The position numbers and the translations under genes are program-made. Source: an uncultured Actinomycetota bacterium (GTDB lineage Bacteria; Actinomycetota; Humimicrobiia; Humimicrobiales; Humimicrobiaceae). Taken from it: a DNA stretch of 64,000 nt. Under the pieces are notes generated by a model that saw only the letters and a program-made list of their open reading frames with translations, ran no database searches and was not told the origin of the DNA. Of this stretch, positions 30,801 through 41,663 are shown in pieces. The first letter of the stretch is position 1. Every line of letters starts with the position of its first letter. The stretch is taken from NCBI GenBank assembly GCA_964610385.1, contig CAZSXW010000002.1, positions 256,808 to 320,807 of the forward strand, given 5' to 3'.

Positions 30801-32603
30801 TCATTCTTTACTGTCTTCTATGACATCAATTGATATTTCCTTTAGCTGTTCTCTGGATACACTGGAAGGCGAATCGGTAAGCAGACATACGGCAGATTGT
30901 GTTTTTGGAAAGGCTATAACTTCTCTTATACTGCCGAGACCCGCCAGCATCATTATCAACCTATCCATACCCAGAGCAATACCGCCGTGAGGAGGGGCAC
31001 CATACTCCAGTGACCTGATAAAAAAACCAAAATTTCTTTTTATCGATTTATCATCCAGATTCAGTACCTTAAATATTTTCTTCTGAAGTTCTATGTCATT
31101 TATTCTGATAGAACCCCCTCCGATCTCCTCTCCGTTGAGTACAATATCATATACCAGAGAATTTACCTTAAGTGGATCCGAGTCCAAAAACTTTTTGGTA
31201 GCTTCATCCGGTGCCGTAAAGGGGTGATGCATCGGCGCCAGCCTCTTCTCATTATCGTCCCACTCAAACAGCGGAAAATCGCACACCCAGATAAATTCGA
31301 ACTTATCCTTATCTATTATATCTAACCTGCCACCCAAATATTTTCTTAAAACCCCAAGGACTCTGCATGAGTTCAAAAAATCGTCTGCAACTATAAGGAC
31401 CAGATTTTTCTCTTTTAATTTTAAACTATTTATCAAACGCTCTCTTTCACTATCGGAAAGGAATTTAACTATGGGAGACTGAAGGTTCATACTTTTGCCC
31501 ACCCTGATCCATACCAGTCCTCCAGCACCATTTTTCTTTGCCATCTCGACCAGGTCATCAAGTTCTTTTCTGGCCAGGTTCGATGCATCATCCACCACAA
31601 TACTTTTGATACAACCACCATCCTTAAGAACATCACTAAAAATTTTAATACCGCTTTCCTTAAATACATCCGAGATATCTTTTATCCCCAGGCCGAACCT
31701 TAGATCAGGTTTATCGGTACCGTAAAGCTCCATGCTTTCTTTCCACTTGATTCTCTTAAAAGGCAGCTTTATTTTCTTATTAAATATTTTCTTGAATATA
31801 TGAGAAATCAATGCCTCTATTATTTTAATAACATCGCCCGATTCCACAAAAGTCATCTCCAGGTCTATCTGGGTGAATTCCGGCTGCCTGTCCGACCTCA
31901 GATCTTCATCCCTGAAACATCTTGCTATCTGGTAGCATCTGTCAAATCCCGATACCATCAGGATCTGTTTAAAAAGCTGGGGTGATTGCGGAAGTGCATA
32001 GAATTTTCCCGGGTTTAATCTTGAGGGCACCAGAAAATCTCTTGCCCCTTCAGGAGTGCTTTTTGCCATTATGGGCGTCTCTATTTCCAGAAAACCCTGG
32101 GAATTTAAATACTGTCTTGTCGCAGCTGTTATATTATGCCTCAGTCTTATATTATCCTGCATATACGGGTCTCTTAAATCAATATATCTGTATTTTAATC
32201 TCTTATTTTCATCGACCTTTTCTCTATTATCCAGCATAAAAGGAGGAGTTCTGGACCTGTTTAATATCATTATTTCTTCTACCAGTATTTCCACTTCACC
32301 TGTAGGGAGGGACGCATTTATAGTATCTTTCGATCTCATCCTTACCTTACCATTTATCTTAATCACATATTCATTACGTATGTCTTTTGCAACCTCATAA
32401 GAGCTTTTATTTTTGTTGGGGTCGAAAACCAGCTGTACCAGACCCGAAAAATCCCTGAGATCCACAAAAATCAACTTTCCGTGATCCCTTCTTTTATTTA
32501 CCCAGCCGCACAGGGCGACGTCCTTTCCATTTGAATCCTTTTTTATTTCGCCACACAGATCTGTCCTCATGCTGGTCTTAAATATAGAATTAACCATAAT
32601 CAC
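30801..32603 (-). CDS. aspS: aspartate--tRNA ligase
   Basis: 600 aa. Anticodon-binding OB N-terminus. Class II core with GGGSIR and GLDRL motifs. The true start is likely the internal Met near 32570. Confidence 0.95.
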   Translation of the reverse strand: MIMVNSIFKTSMRTDLCGEIKKDSNGKDVALCGWVNKRRDHGKLIFVDLRDFSGLVQLVFDPNKNKSSYEVAKDIRNEYVIKINGKVRMRSKDTINASLPTGEVEILVEEIMILNRSRTPPFMLDNREKVDENKRLKYRYIDLRDPYMQDNIRLRHNITAATRQYLNSQGFLEIETPIMAKSTPEGARDFLVPSRLNPGKFYALPQSPQLFKQILMVSGFDRCYQIARCFRDEDLRSDRQPEFTQIDLEMTFVESGDVIKIIEALISHIFKKIFNKKIKLPFKRIKWKESMELYGTDKPDLRFGLGIKDISDVFKESGIKIFSDVLKDGGCIKSIVVDDASNLARKELDDLVEMAKKNGAGGLVWIRVGKSMNLQSPIVKFLSDSERERLINSLKLKEKNLVLIVADDFLNSCRVLGVLRKYLGGRLDIIDKDKFEFIWVCDFPLFEWDDNEKRLAPMHHPFTAPDEATKKFLDSDPLKVNSLVYDIVLNGEEIGGGSIRINDIELQKKIFKVLNLDDKSIKRNFGFFIRSLEYGAPPHGGIALGMDRLIMMLAGLGSIREVIAFPKTQSAVCLLTDSPSSVSREQLKEISIDVIEDSKE

Positions 32604-33876
32604 CTGTTCTTATGATCTCGGCCAATTTTTGCTTTTGTGTTTTCCAATCGATCTTATACTGTTTGAACTTTTTAATATCCTTAATAGTCAGTCTGCCTCT
32701 TCGTATCTCATTCTCTCCTATTATTATTATAAAATCATAATCATTCTTTTCAGCCCATTTTATTTCTGTCTTTAGATTTCTGTTCTTAAAACCAATATCG
32801 CTTATTACTTCAAGATCTCTTAAATATTTTAATACCGCGAGTGAATAATCCCAGCAGCTTTCATCCATTGCCGTCAAATATACTCTGGCTTTCCCTTTCT
32901 TTCCTCTCACTTTTATCCCCAGCTGTTTCATTAACATAATAGTCCTGTCCATTCCCACTGCAAATCCCACTGCAGGAAGATCCGGTCCCCCTAACTGACC
33001 TACCAGATCATTATATCTTCCTCCGCCTCCGAGAGCATTTTGTGCACTCAATAAATCTTCTGATACTATTTCAAATATAGTCCTGGTATAATAATCAAAT
33101 CCCCTTACCAGCCCTGTATCTATTTTATATTCTATTTTGAGATTTTTAAGGTATTTTAAAACCTGCTCAAAATTTCTGCTGCAATCGGAGCATAAAAAAG
33201 AAGATACATCGGGAGTTTTGGCGATTACTTCCCTACAGCTGTCTTTCTTGCAGTCAAACATCCTCAGTGGATTGTCTTTAAACCTCTTGCGACAGTCACT
33301 GCATAATTTTTTCAGGTCTGATTTCTTAAGACTTTTTTTAAACTCATTGACAAATTCACTTCTGCACTTCATACATCCTATACTGTTGACCTTAAGTATC
33401 AGCTTTTTAAAACCCAACTTTTTATAAAGTAAATTCAACATCCATATGATTTCCGCATCCAGAACAGGATTATCGGAACCTATGGATTCTACTCCCAGCT
33501 GCCAGAATTCTCTCATCCTTCCTTTCTGCGGCCGTTCATAGCGGAACATATTCCCGATATAAAAAAGTTTGAGAGGCATGTTTCCGGAGTAAAACTTATT
33601 CTCTATCACAGACCTTATTATTGAAGCAGTACCTTCAGGGCGCAGTGTAAGAGACCTCCCCTTTCTATCAGGAAAAGTATACATTTCCTTTTGTACTATA
33701 TCAGTGCTTTCGCCTATGCTCCTGCTGAACACTTCGGTATATTCAAATGCAGGAGTTATTATCTCCCGATAGTTAAAAATCTCAAATATCTTTCTTGCAG
33801 TGTCCATAACAAAATTTCTATAATCGATATCTTGACCGTAAATATCTCCGGTACCCCTTGGTGAACTTAATTTCAA
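32590..33876 (-). CDS. hisS: histidine--tRNA ligase
   Basis: 428 aa. Class II motifs. C-terminal anticodon-binding domain. Overlaps the aspS start, as in the Firmicutes hisS-aspS operon. Confidence 0.9.
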   Translation of the reverse strand: MKLSSPRGTGDIYGQDIDYRNFVMDTARKIFEIFNYREIITPAFEYTEVFSRSIGESTDIVQKEMYTFPDRKGRSLTLRPEGTASIIRSVIENKFYSGNMPLKLFYIGNMFRYERPQKGRMREFWQLGVESIGSDNPVLDAEIIWMLNLLYKKLGFKKLILKVNSIGCMKCRSEFVNEFKKSLKKSDLKKLCSDCRKRFKDNPLRMFDCKKDSCREVIAKTPDVSSFLCSDCSRNFEQVLKYLKNLKIEYKIDTGLVRGFDYYTRTIFEIVSEDLLSAQNALGGGGRYNDLVGQLGGPDLPAVGFAVGMDRTIMLMKQLGIKVRGKKGKARVYLTAMDESCWDYSLAVLKYLRDLEVISDIGFKNRNLKTEIKWAEKNDYDFIIIIGENEIRRGRLTIKDIKKFKQYKIDWKTQKQKLAEIIRTGDYG

Positions 33877-34532
33877 TCTAACTCACCTTTTCTTTTTAAA
33901 TCCCAATCCTTTAAAAAATCATCTTGAAGATAATAATTGTTTTCAAATTCATATTTTAAACTACTGGCAGGGCCGTGACCAGGATATATGAGCAATTTTT
34001 TATCCATCTTTCTTATCCCGGCCAAGGATTCTTTTATCTGTTTAATACTCCCACCCGGCAGGTCAGTGCGCCCTATGGAACCCTTAAATAAAAGATCACC
34101 GGTGAAAATACAATCATCCACCGAGATTATTATACTTCCCGGAGTATGACCGGGGGTGTTAATGATCTCCAGACCTAAGTCATTAAAATAACTGTATTCA
34201 TTATTTTTTATTAGATTATAAGTTTCTAATGTTAATTCATTTCCACCAAAAAATGAAGAAATATTCTTATCGGGATCGGTTATGATGGGTTCTTCAAATT
34301 CATGGATATAGAACGGTATACCATAATGTAAGACTACATCACTGGCAGCCCCTATATGATCATAATGCCCGTGGGTATTTAATATAAAATCCGGCTTGAT
34401 TTTCTCAGATTCAAGATATTTTTTGATACTGATAAAATCCGCGCCCGGGTCTATTATTATATTTGCCTTTTCTAAAGACAATATATAACAATTTACGTTA
34501 AAGAAACCTAATTCCAATCTTTTTATCTTCAA
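33873..34532 (-). CDS. MBL-fold metallo-hydrolase (glyoxalase II-like)
   Basis: 219 aa. HGHYDHIG motif and downstream His/Asp ligands. Confidence 0.75.
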   Translation of the reverse strand: MKIKRLELGFFNVNCYILSLEKANIIIDPGADFISIKKYLESEKIKPDFILNTHGHYDHIGAASDVVLHYGIPFYIHEFEEPIITDPDKNISSFFGGNELTLETYNLIKNNEYSYFNDLGLEIINTPGHTPGSIIISVDDCIFTGDLLFKGSIGRTDLPGGSIKQIKESLAGIRKMDKKLLIYPGHGPASSLKYEFENNYYLQDDFLKDWDLKRKGELD

Positions 34533-34541
34533 TATCCGATT

Positions 34542-36752
34542 TTACTTTCTTGGTAATATTCTAAAAGCATCATAAACCGAGTCCACAAGTTTTATATTAT
34601 CTATAACATCTTTTAAAATATATTTATTGCTTATCTCTATCAAAAACCTGAACTTGACATGCCCTTTCTTATCTATGTTTAATGAATGTGCCCTCAGTAT
34701 ATTTATATCATACTCACTTATGACATTAGTGATATCCCTTAGAAGTTTGGTTCTGTCCAGAGCTTCTATCTGTATCTCGGCATTAAATTTATAGGGAGCC
34801 TTCTTATCCCACTCGACCTCGATAAATCTCTGCTTTTCCGAACTCATCAAAGTATTGACATTATTGCAGTCTACTCTGTGCACCGAAATACCCTTTCCCC
34901 TGGTGATGTAACCTATGATACTATCTCCCGGTACTGGATTGCAGCACTTGGCTATAGTCACTAGCACATCCCTCATTCCTTTTACCCTGACACCGCTGCT
35001 CTTTTTCTCCTCAGCTTCTTTTCTGTATATATCTTCGATAGCCAGCTCTTTTTTGGGTTCCTCCTGGCTTAATTTTTTTACAACCCTGGTAAAGACCTGA
35101 TGAGCCGAAACCCGGTGTGAACCAATGCTTCTGAAGAGAGTATCCATTTTGTTAAAATTCATTTCTCTTGCTACTTCTTCTAATATCTCCAGGGGTACAT
35201 TTTTAAAAGTAAGCCCGTTTTTCCTCAGTATTTTCAGCATTATATCCCTGCCTATATTATAAGTCTCCTGCCTTTGTTCCTTGCTGAACCACTGCTTTAT
35301 CTTATTCCTTGCCCTTGAAGTCTTAACTACATTAAGCCAGTCCCTGCTTGGACCCTTCTTGGTCTTGGAAACGATTATTTCCACGATATCACCATTCTGA
35401 AGGACAGTCTCAATAGGAACCATGTTCCCGTTTATCTTTGCCCCAATGGTATTATGACCGATATCGGTATGTATCTGATAGGCAAAGTCAATTGTGGTCG
35501 CACCTCTGGGAAGGTTTACCACTCTTCCCTTGGGAGTAAAAACAAATACTTCTTCCTCAAATAAATCCAATTTTAGAGATTCCATATAATCCTGGGGGTC
35601 CTTAAGTTCCTTCTGCCAGTCCAGTACCTGCCTGATCCAGGCCACTCTTTTATCAAATTCACTTGGTTTTTTAAGGTTGCCTTCTTTGTATTTATAATGG
35701 GCAGCGATTCCATATTCTGCAAATTTATGCATCTCAAATGTTCTTATTTGTATTTCAAGAGGTTTTCCTTTTTCCCCTATGACAGTAGTGTGAAGGGATT
35801 GATACATATTGAATTTGGGATTGGCGATAAAATCCTTGAACCTCCCCGGTACAGGCTTCCATAGAGAATGTATTATTCCAAGTACTTCATAACAACTTTT
35901 GACATCATTTACTATTATCCTAATGGCTATTATGTCGTAAATATCTTCAAACTTCCTATTCTGCTTTATGATTTTATTATAGGCACTGTAATAAGTCTTT
36001 ATTCTGCCACTCACATCCGCTGATATTTTTAATTCTCTCAGCTTTTTATTGACAACTTTTATTGCCTCATCTACCAGAGATTTCCTTTCCTCGATCTTTT
36101 CGTCGAACATTTTCTTTATTTTTTTATACTCCTTTGGATACAAATATTTAAAACTCAGGTTCTCCAGTTCTGACTTTATTTGATATATTCCCAATCTGTG
36201 AGCAATAGGCGCATATACTTCCAGGGTTTCCATTGAATTCTTTATTCTTTTTTCCTCAGTCAACGGATATAAAGTCCTCATATTGTGAAGACGGTCGGCA
36301 AGTTTTACCAGTATTATCCTTACATCTTCGGACATCGCTATTATCATTTTTCTTATATTACTTACCTGCTGTTCTTCTTTACTGTCAAAAACCAGCTTAT
36401 CCAGTTTAGTCACGCCGTTTATTATATTGGCAGTTTTTTGTCCAAAATCCTTCTTGGCCATTTCCATGCTGTAATCGGTGTCTTCTATCACATCATGCAA
36501 AATCGCAGATATGATAGATGTCTGGTCCAGCTCAATATCGGCCAGTATCTGGGCTACTTCCAGTGGATGTACTACAAAGGGCTCGCCCGATTTTCTATAC
36601 TGATCCTTATGATATTTCTTTGAGACCTGATAGGCCTTAAATAGCAGCTGCTCATCCAATCCGGGATTATAAGACTTGATTTTTTTTACCAGTCTTTTAA
36701 ATATCGAATCGGTATTTATTTTTTTTGTTCTATCGTTTAGGTTCAAATCCAT
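34542..36752 (-). CDS. relA: bifunctional (p)ppGpp synthetase/hydrolase RelA/SpoT homolog
   Basis: 736 aa. N-terminal HD hydrolase, synthetase domain, TGS and ACT domains in order. Confidence 0.9.
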   Translation of the reverse strand: MDLNLNDRTKKINTDSIFKRLVKKIKSYNPGLDEQLLFKAYQVSKKYHKDQYRKSGEPFVVHPLEVAQILADIELDQTSIISAILHDVIEDTDYSMEMAKKDFGQKTANIINGVTKLDKLVFDSKEEQQVSNIRKMIIAMSEDVRIILVKLADRLHNMRTLYPLTEEKRIKNSMETLEVYAPIAHRLGIYQIKSELENLSFKYLYPKEYKKIKKMFDEKIEERKSLVDEAIKVVNKKLRELKISADVSGRIKTYYSAYNKIIKQNRKFEDIYDIIAIRIIVNDVKSCYEVLGIIHSLWKPVPGRFKDFIANPKFNMYQSLHTTVIGEKGKPLEIQIRTFEMHKFAEYGIAAHYKYKEGNLKKPSEFDKRVAWIRQVLDWQKELKDPQDYMESLKLDLFEEEVFVFTPKGRVVNLPRGATTIDFAYQIHTDIGHNTIGAKINGNMVPIETVLQNGDIVEIIVSKTKKGPSRDWLNVVKTSRARNKIKQWFSKEQRQETYNIGRDIMLKILRKNGLTFKNVPLEILEEVAREMNFNKMDTLFRSIGSHRVSAHQVFTRVVKKLSQEEPKKELAIEDIYRKEAEEKKSSGVRVKGMRDVLVTIAKCCNPVPGDSIIGYITRGKGISVHRVDCNNVNTLMSSEKQRFIEVEWDKKAPYKFNAEIQIEALDRTKLLRDITNVISEYDINILRAHSLNIDKKGHVKFRFLIEISNKYILKDVIDNIKLVDSVYDAFRILPRK

Positions 36753-36807
36753 TTTATTTTAATTATCGACTATAAATAATTATTATTATAAAACATTTTC
36801 AATTTCT

Positions 36808-38538
36808 CTAAAATAAATCTATTATCACCAGCTGTACCATTTCCAGATCATTCCAGGTGTCCTTCCTTATTTTATAGAGCATGGAGATTTTATTGCCTGG
36901 TATAATCTTTTCCTTGACCGCTTCAGTTATTCTGAAAATGACTGCATCCAGGACTTTCCCCGAATTTATCAGTTTCAACTTTACATGCTTCCCGCTCGAT
37001 AAATAATAAAAATCCGATATGGTACAACCTCCGGTTATAAAATTCGGTTCTGGATTACCCTTGCCAAAAGGTTTGAGGAGGTCCAGATTATTCAGGACAT
37101 TCTGGTCTATATCGTCAAAGTTTATTTCCATATCATAGAAATATTTTTTTTCAATATCTTCATCCTTGATCTCTTCAAAAGCTATATCCAGCATCTTCTT
37201 ATAAAAATTATCGAAATTTACTGACTTCATTCTTATCCCGCACGCTGTTCTGTGCCCACCAAACCTGTCAAACAATCCCGACATGGAAATAAGGGTGCCA
37301 TATAAATCAAAATTATCAGTACTCCTGCCAGAACCTTTGAGTTCGCCTTTAATCTCTTTAAATAGGATTGTCGGTATATTGAATCTCTTGACAATATCGG
37401 AAGCTACAATTCCCAGAACTCCCTCATTCCAATTTTCTGATTTATCTATAAATATTTTCTTTTCTTTTATCACTTGATTAAAATCATTGTTTTCAATTAT
37501 CTCATTTAATATCTTCTTCTGGATATCCTGCCTCTTTTCATTAAAAGAATTAAGTTCATCCAATATGCTTGCCTTACTTCCTGCTTCGCTGCTCAAAAGG
37601 TCAAAGCCGCTTTTTGCATTTCTGATCCTTCCTGCCGCATTCAGTCTTGGGGCTATTACAAAACCTACATCATATTCGTCTATATTCTCCTTGTCTTTAA
37701 GTACCGAATCTACCATCTCTTTAAGTCCGGGGTTTTTAGTTCTTTTTATCATATTGATGCCTTTTTTTACTATCGCCCTGTTTTCATCTACAAGAGGCAT
37801 AAGATCTGAAACAGTAGAAACAGCGACCAGATCAAGTAGACTGGTAAGGTAGTCCTTTTCAAATTCACTCTTAAACTTACTATCCAGAGACCTTAATACA
37901 GCCATGATGAATTTAAAGGTCACTCCAGCACCGCTTAGATGCTGGAACGGATATTTTGAACCTTTTACTCTGGGGTTGACTATAATATAGTCCTCTCTGG
38001 AATTATCGTGCAGCACAGATTGATTGTGATGGTCACAGACTATGACATCCGGACCGGCATTACTGGTCAAGAAATCCATTACACTGGAACTGTTGGTGCC
38101 GCAATCCACACAGATAAGCAAATTATACTTTCCTTCGGCAGATATTTTTTTATAAAAATCAAGACCAAGGTCATAGCCTTCTAAAAATCTGTCCGGAATA
38201 TAAGCTTCCGCATCCAATCTCAGCTTTTTTAAAAAGTTATACATCATGGCAGTGCTGATTATTCCATCAGCATCATAATCTCCGAATATCAATACATTTT
38301 CTTTATTGCATATCGATTTTAACAATCTTTTTACACCTTTCTCAATACCGGGAAGCAGAACCGGATCATGCAATTGCTTTACCTGCGGATGTAAAAAGGA
38401 TTTTATCTCTTCTGTTGTGATTATGCCTCTGGCCGCAAGTATATTTATTAAAATCCGGTTGTAGCCTGTATCCTCTGACAATTCCTTGTCAGCTTTTTTC
38501 ATGCTTCTTTGCTTCCAGCAGGCGGGAAAAATTGTCAT
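36808..38538 (-). CDS. recJ: single-stranded-DNA-specific exonuclease RecJ
   Basis: 576 aa. DHH motifs (FGDYDADG, DHH) and DHHA1 region. Follows secF as in Bacillus. Confidence 0.85.
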   Translation of the reverse strand: MTIFPACWKQRSMKKADKELSEDTGYNRILINILAARGIITTEEIKSFLHPQVKQLHDPVLLPGIEKGVKRLLKSICNKENVLIFGDYDADGIISTAMMYNFLKKLRLDAEAYIPDRFLEGYDLGLDFYKKISAEGKYNLLICVDCGTNSSSVMDFLTSNAGPDVIVCDHHNQSVLHDNSREDYIIVNPRVKGSKYPFQHLSGAGVTFKFIMAVLRSLDSKFKSEFEKDYLTSLLDLVAVSTVSDLMPLVDENRAIVKKGINMIKRTKNPGLKEMVDSVLKDKENIDEYDVGFVIAPRLNAAGRIRNAKSGFDLLSSEAGSKASILDELNSFNEKRQDIQKKILNEIIENNDFNQVIKEKKIFIDKSENWNEGVLGIVASDIVKRFNIPTILFKEIKGELKGSGRSTDNFDLYGTLISMSGLFDRFGGHRTACGIRMKSVNFDNFYKKMLDIAFEEIKDEDIEKKYFYDMEINFDDIDQNVLNNLDLLKPFGKGNPEPNFITGGCTISDFYYLSSGKHVKLKLINSGKVLDAVIFRITEAVKEKIIPGNKISMLYKIRKDTWNDLEMVQLVIIDLF

Positions 38539-38540
38539 CG

Positions 38541-39464
38541 CTATTTTTTATACTTTGGGAACCTGTTATTCCATGATACCAGAATAGGACTGGCAAAAAA
38601 TATAGAGGAATACGTCCCGCTTATTATTCCAATAGTAAGTGCCAGTGCAAAATCTTTTAAAGCTGAAGTACCTAATATGAGAAGTAGAACAACGGGGAAC
38701 AGTGTAGTAAGGGAAGTATTTATCGACCTAGAAAGAGTCACGTTCACCGAGTTATTTACCACTCTGCTATAACCTAATCTTCCCGTAAATGCGGTGTTCT
38801 CCCTTATTCTATCAAATACTACAATGGTGTCATTTAATGAATAACCTATTATGGTAAGAATTGCCGCAATTGTAGAAGTGTTTATCTCACGATTTAAAAT
38901 GGCATATACGCCGATAGTCACCAGTACATCATGTATCAACGCCAGGATCGCTGCAGCTCCGAACCTGAATTCAAATCTTATCCACACATAGATAAGGATC
39001 CCAGCTATGCTTATACCAATGGCCATCAAGGCATTATTGATCAGTATTCTGCTGAATCCAGGATCTACAGTCCTGTCCTGAAGCGGCTCTCCGACTACTC
39101 CTATTCTTTCATCCAAAAGGTTAATTATCTTTTCTTTCTCTTCCGTCGATATAGGTTCTCCTAATTCCTTTGACTTTATCCTAATAATAAACCTGTTAGA
39201 TTCTGTCTGAACCAGATCAGTCTTTACCATCTGTAATATCGCACTGCCGTAACCCAGGTCATTCATTACTTCCCGTACTTCGGAAACATTTACCTCTTTT
39301 CCAAATTCCAACTCAAGTAAAGAACCGCCCAGAAAATCAATACCCAGGTTAAAGCCGCCTCTTAAGAAATAACCGGCAATACCTATGATTATCACTGCCA
39401 TGGATATAATAAACCATATCTTTCTTTTAGCGATAAAATTAAAATTAATATTTCTAAATCTCAA
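38541..39464 (-). CDS. secF: protein translocase subunit SecF
   Basis: 307 aa. 6 TM segments. SecF signature. Confidence 0.85.
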   Translation of the reverse strand: MRFRNINFNFIAKRKIWFIISMAVIIIGIAGYFLRGGFNLGIDFLGGSLLELEFGKEVNVSEVREVMNDLGYGSAILQMVKTDLVQTESNRFIIRIKSKELGEPISTEEKEKIINLLDERIGVVGEPLQDRTVDPGFSRILINNALMAIGISIAGILIYVWIRFEFRFGAAAILALIHDVLVTIGVYAILNREINTSTIAAILTIIGYSLNDTIVVFDRIRENTAFTGRLGYSRVVNNSVNVTLSRSINTSLTTLFPVVLLLILGTSALKDFALALTIGIISGTYSSIFFASPILVSWNNRFPKYKK

Positions 39465-39467
39465 ATT

Positions 39468-41075
39468 CTATTCGCTTCTCCTTGTCCTGATACCCATAAA
39501 ACCTGGCGTTGTGATCCTCGGCACCCCTGACATAAGAAACAATAATGACCTGGTAAACAGAAGACTTACTACCATACTTATTACCACACCCAGGCTTAAT
39601 GTGACTGCAAAACCCCTTATCGGCCCGGTACCGAATCTGTACAGCGCAGCCGCTGTTATTAAAGTGGTAACATTGGAGTCTATAATAGTCCTGAGAGCAT
39701 TTCTAAAGCCGTCTCCTACCGCTATCCTGGGAGATTTTTCTTTTAATATCTCTTCTTTTATTCTTTCAAAAATGATGACATTTGCATCTACTGCCATGCC
39801 TATAGTAAGTATCATTCCGGCGATCCCGGGCAGGGTAAGGGCAGCTCCTATCCCGGCTATAATACCCCAGAACAATATAATATAGATCATAAGACTTACC
39901 GTGGAAACAAATCCAAGTCCCCGGTAATAAGAAACCATAAATGCAATTATTAATATAAGACCTGCAATTCCTGCATATAGGCCTCTGTTTAATGAATCCC
40001 TTCCAAGGGTGGGACCAACTGTACTGCTTTCTTCTAGCTGAAGAGTTATGGGCAGTGCTCCGGTCTGCAGGACTATCTCGATATTCTTTGCTTCTTCAAT
40101 GCTGTCGATTCCGGTGATCTCTGCTTCCCCGTCTTCTATGGGAACTTTTATATATGGAGCAGATTCAATCTCCTCATCCAAAACTATGGCCAGGTTCCTT
40201 CCGATGTTTTTCGAAGTGACCTCAGCAAATTTTTCTACTCCTTCATCTTTAAAACTTAATAAAACCCTTATGGAACCGTAGCTGTCATACCCGGCAACTG
40301 CCCTTGCAAGATCTTCTCCGGTTAAAAGAACCTGCTCGACCACTGTTGCTGCGCCTGTCCTTGAATCGATCAGTACTTCTCCTGTCACATTTCCTTGTTG
40401 GTAATCGACAAGCTGCAGCTCCCTTGTCTCCTGATTATAGATTATTTTTCCAATGATTTTTTCACTTTCAATACCGGTATCAGTTCCTTGAGTTTCTTCT
40501 TCCTGGTTTTCCTCCTCATCATATTCAACAAGAAGTATCTCCTGGGTATCAGGATCGGTTATAAGCTCTCCTACTATGTTAAAGGCTTCTCCTGACATCA
40601 TTGCATTTATATCATCGACCAATAAGACCTGTTCGGAATCGGGGTCTATCAGCAGCTGCCCCTTCTCATAATCAAATTCTATATAGTCCCATTTCTGTTC
40701 ACTCAGAGAGATAAAAGTGCCCATGACAAGCCTAAATTCAAGTTCGGCAGTCTTTCCTATTATTTCTTTTGCCGTATCGGGGTCTTCAACTCCCGGCAGC
40801 TGGATCACTATATTATTGTGGTGGTCTTTTGTCACCAGCGGTTCCGAAACTCCAAGCCTGTCTATCCTTTCCGTTATGGTTTCTATAGTACGCTCAAGCT
40901 TTGCCTCCGGAATTTCTTCTTCTTCACCGCTTTGAACGGGTTTTAAAATAATCTGGGTCCCGCCTTTAAGGTCGAGTCCCAGATTAATAGATTCGGTAAG
41001 TATGTAGTATAGGCTCATACCTACTATTAATATAAATATTACAATAATAGTAATATTAACTTTTTTATTTCTCAT
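39468..41075 (-). CDS. secD: protein translocase subunit SecD
   Basis: 535 aa. N-terminal TM. Large periplasmic domain with an acidic insert. C-terminal 5 TM segments. Confidence 0.85.
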   Translation of the reverse strand: MRNKKVNITIIVIFILIVGMSLYYILTESINLGLDLKGGTQIILKPVQSGEEEEIPEAKLERTIETITERIDRLGVSEPLVTKDHHNNIVIQLPGVEDPDTAKEIIGKTAELEFRLVMGTFISLSEQKWDYIEFDYEKGQLLIDPDSEQVLLVDDINAMMSGEAFNIVGELITDPDTQEILLVEYDEEENQEEETQGTDTGIESEKIIGKIIYNQETRELQLVDYQQGNVTGEVLIDSRTGAATVVEQVLLTGEDLARAVAGYDSYGSIRVLLSFKDEGVEKFAEVTSKNIGRNLAIVLDEEIESAPYIKVPIEDGEAEITGIDSIEEAKNIEIVLQTGALPITLQLEESSTVGPTLGRDSLNRGLYAGIAGLILIIAFMVSYYRGLGFVSTVSLMIYIILFWGIIAGIGAALTLPGIAGMILTIGMAVDANVIIFERIKEEILKEKSPRIAVGDGFRNALRTIIDSNVTTLITAAALYRFGTGPIRGFAVTLSLGVVISMVVSLLFTRSLLFLMSGVPRITTPGFMGIRTRRSE

Positions 41076-41080
41076 ATATC

Positions 41081-41503
41081 CTATTGAGTTGTTTTCTTGG
41101 AAACAGCACTTTTGCTTACTTTTACATCAACACCGCTGGCAATGGTGATTATAATCGCATCGTCTCTTATATCTTTAATCCGGCCGTGGAATCCACCTAT
41201 AGTAACTACCTCATCGCCTCTCTGCAGGCTGGACATCAATTCCTGGGCCTTTTTCGATCTTACCCTCTGCGGTCTTATTAAAAGAAAATAAAATGCTACG
41301 ACTAAAATTGCCAGCCAGATCCATGTTCCATAATTTGAAAATATACTGGCAAATGTTCCAGTTTCTTCTGTATCAGTTCCTCCAGCTGTTTCACCTTCAT
41401 CTGTTGTTGTAGGAAAACAGGCCACACTCAAAGAACCCAGACTTATTATTAATATGCTGATAATCAGTGTATTAATAATCCTTTTAGATAACCTCATGAT
41501 CAC
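41081..41503 (-). CDS. yajC: preprotein translocase subunit YajC (with about 60-aa N-terminal extension)
   Basis: C-terminal half (WIWLAILVVAFYFLLIRPQ...GDEVVTIGGFHGRIKDI) is canonical YajC. The N-terminus adds a signal/lipoprotein-like helix (LSVAC) and a Thr/Gly/Glu-rich linker. Confidence 0.8.
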   Translation of the reverse strand: MIMRLSKRIINTLIISILIISLGSLSVACFPTTTDEGETAGGTDTEETGTFASIFSNYGTWIWLAILVVAFYFLLIRPQRVRSKKAQELMSSLQRGDEVVTIGGFHGRIKDIRDDAIIITIASGVDVKVSKSAVSKKTTQ

Positions 41504-41663
41504 CCCTTAAAAATAATTGTTATTTTAAAGATTAAACTACTATTATTAACTTTTTTAAATATTTTGCAAATATTTATACAAAAACTATTTTAACCCAAGC
41601 TTTTTTACTATACAACACCTGCAGCTCTAAAAACTTCCCTTGATTTTAAGCCAGGTACCTGCT

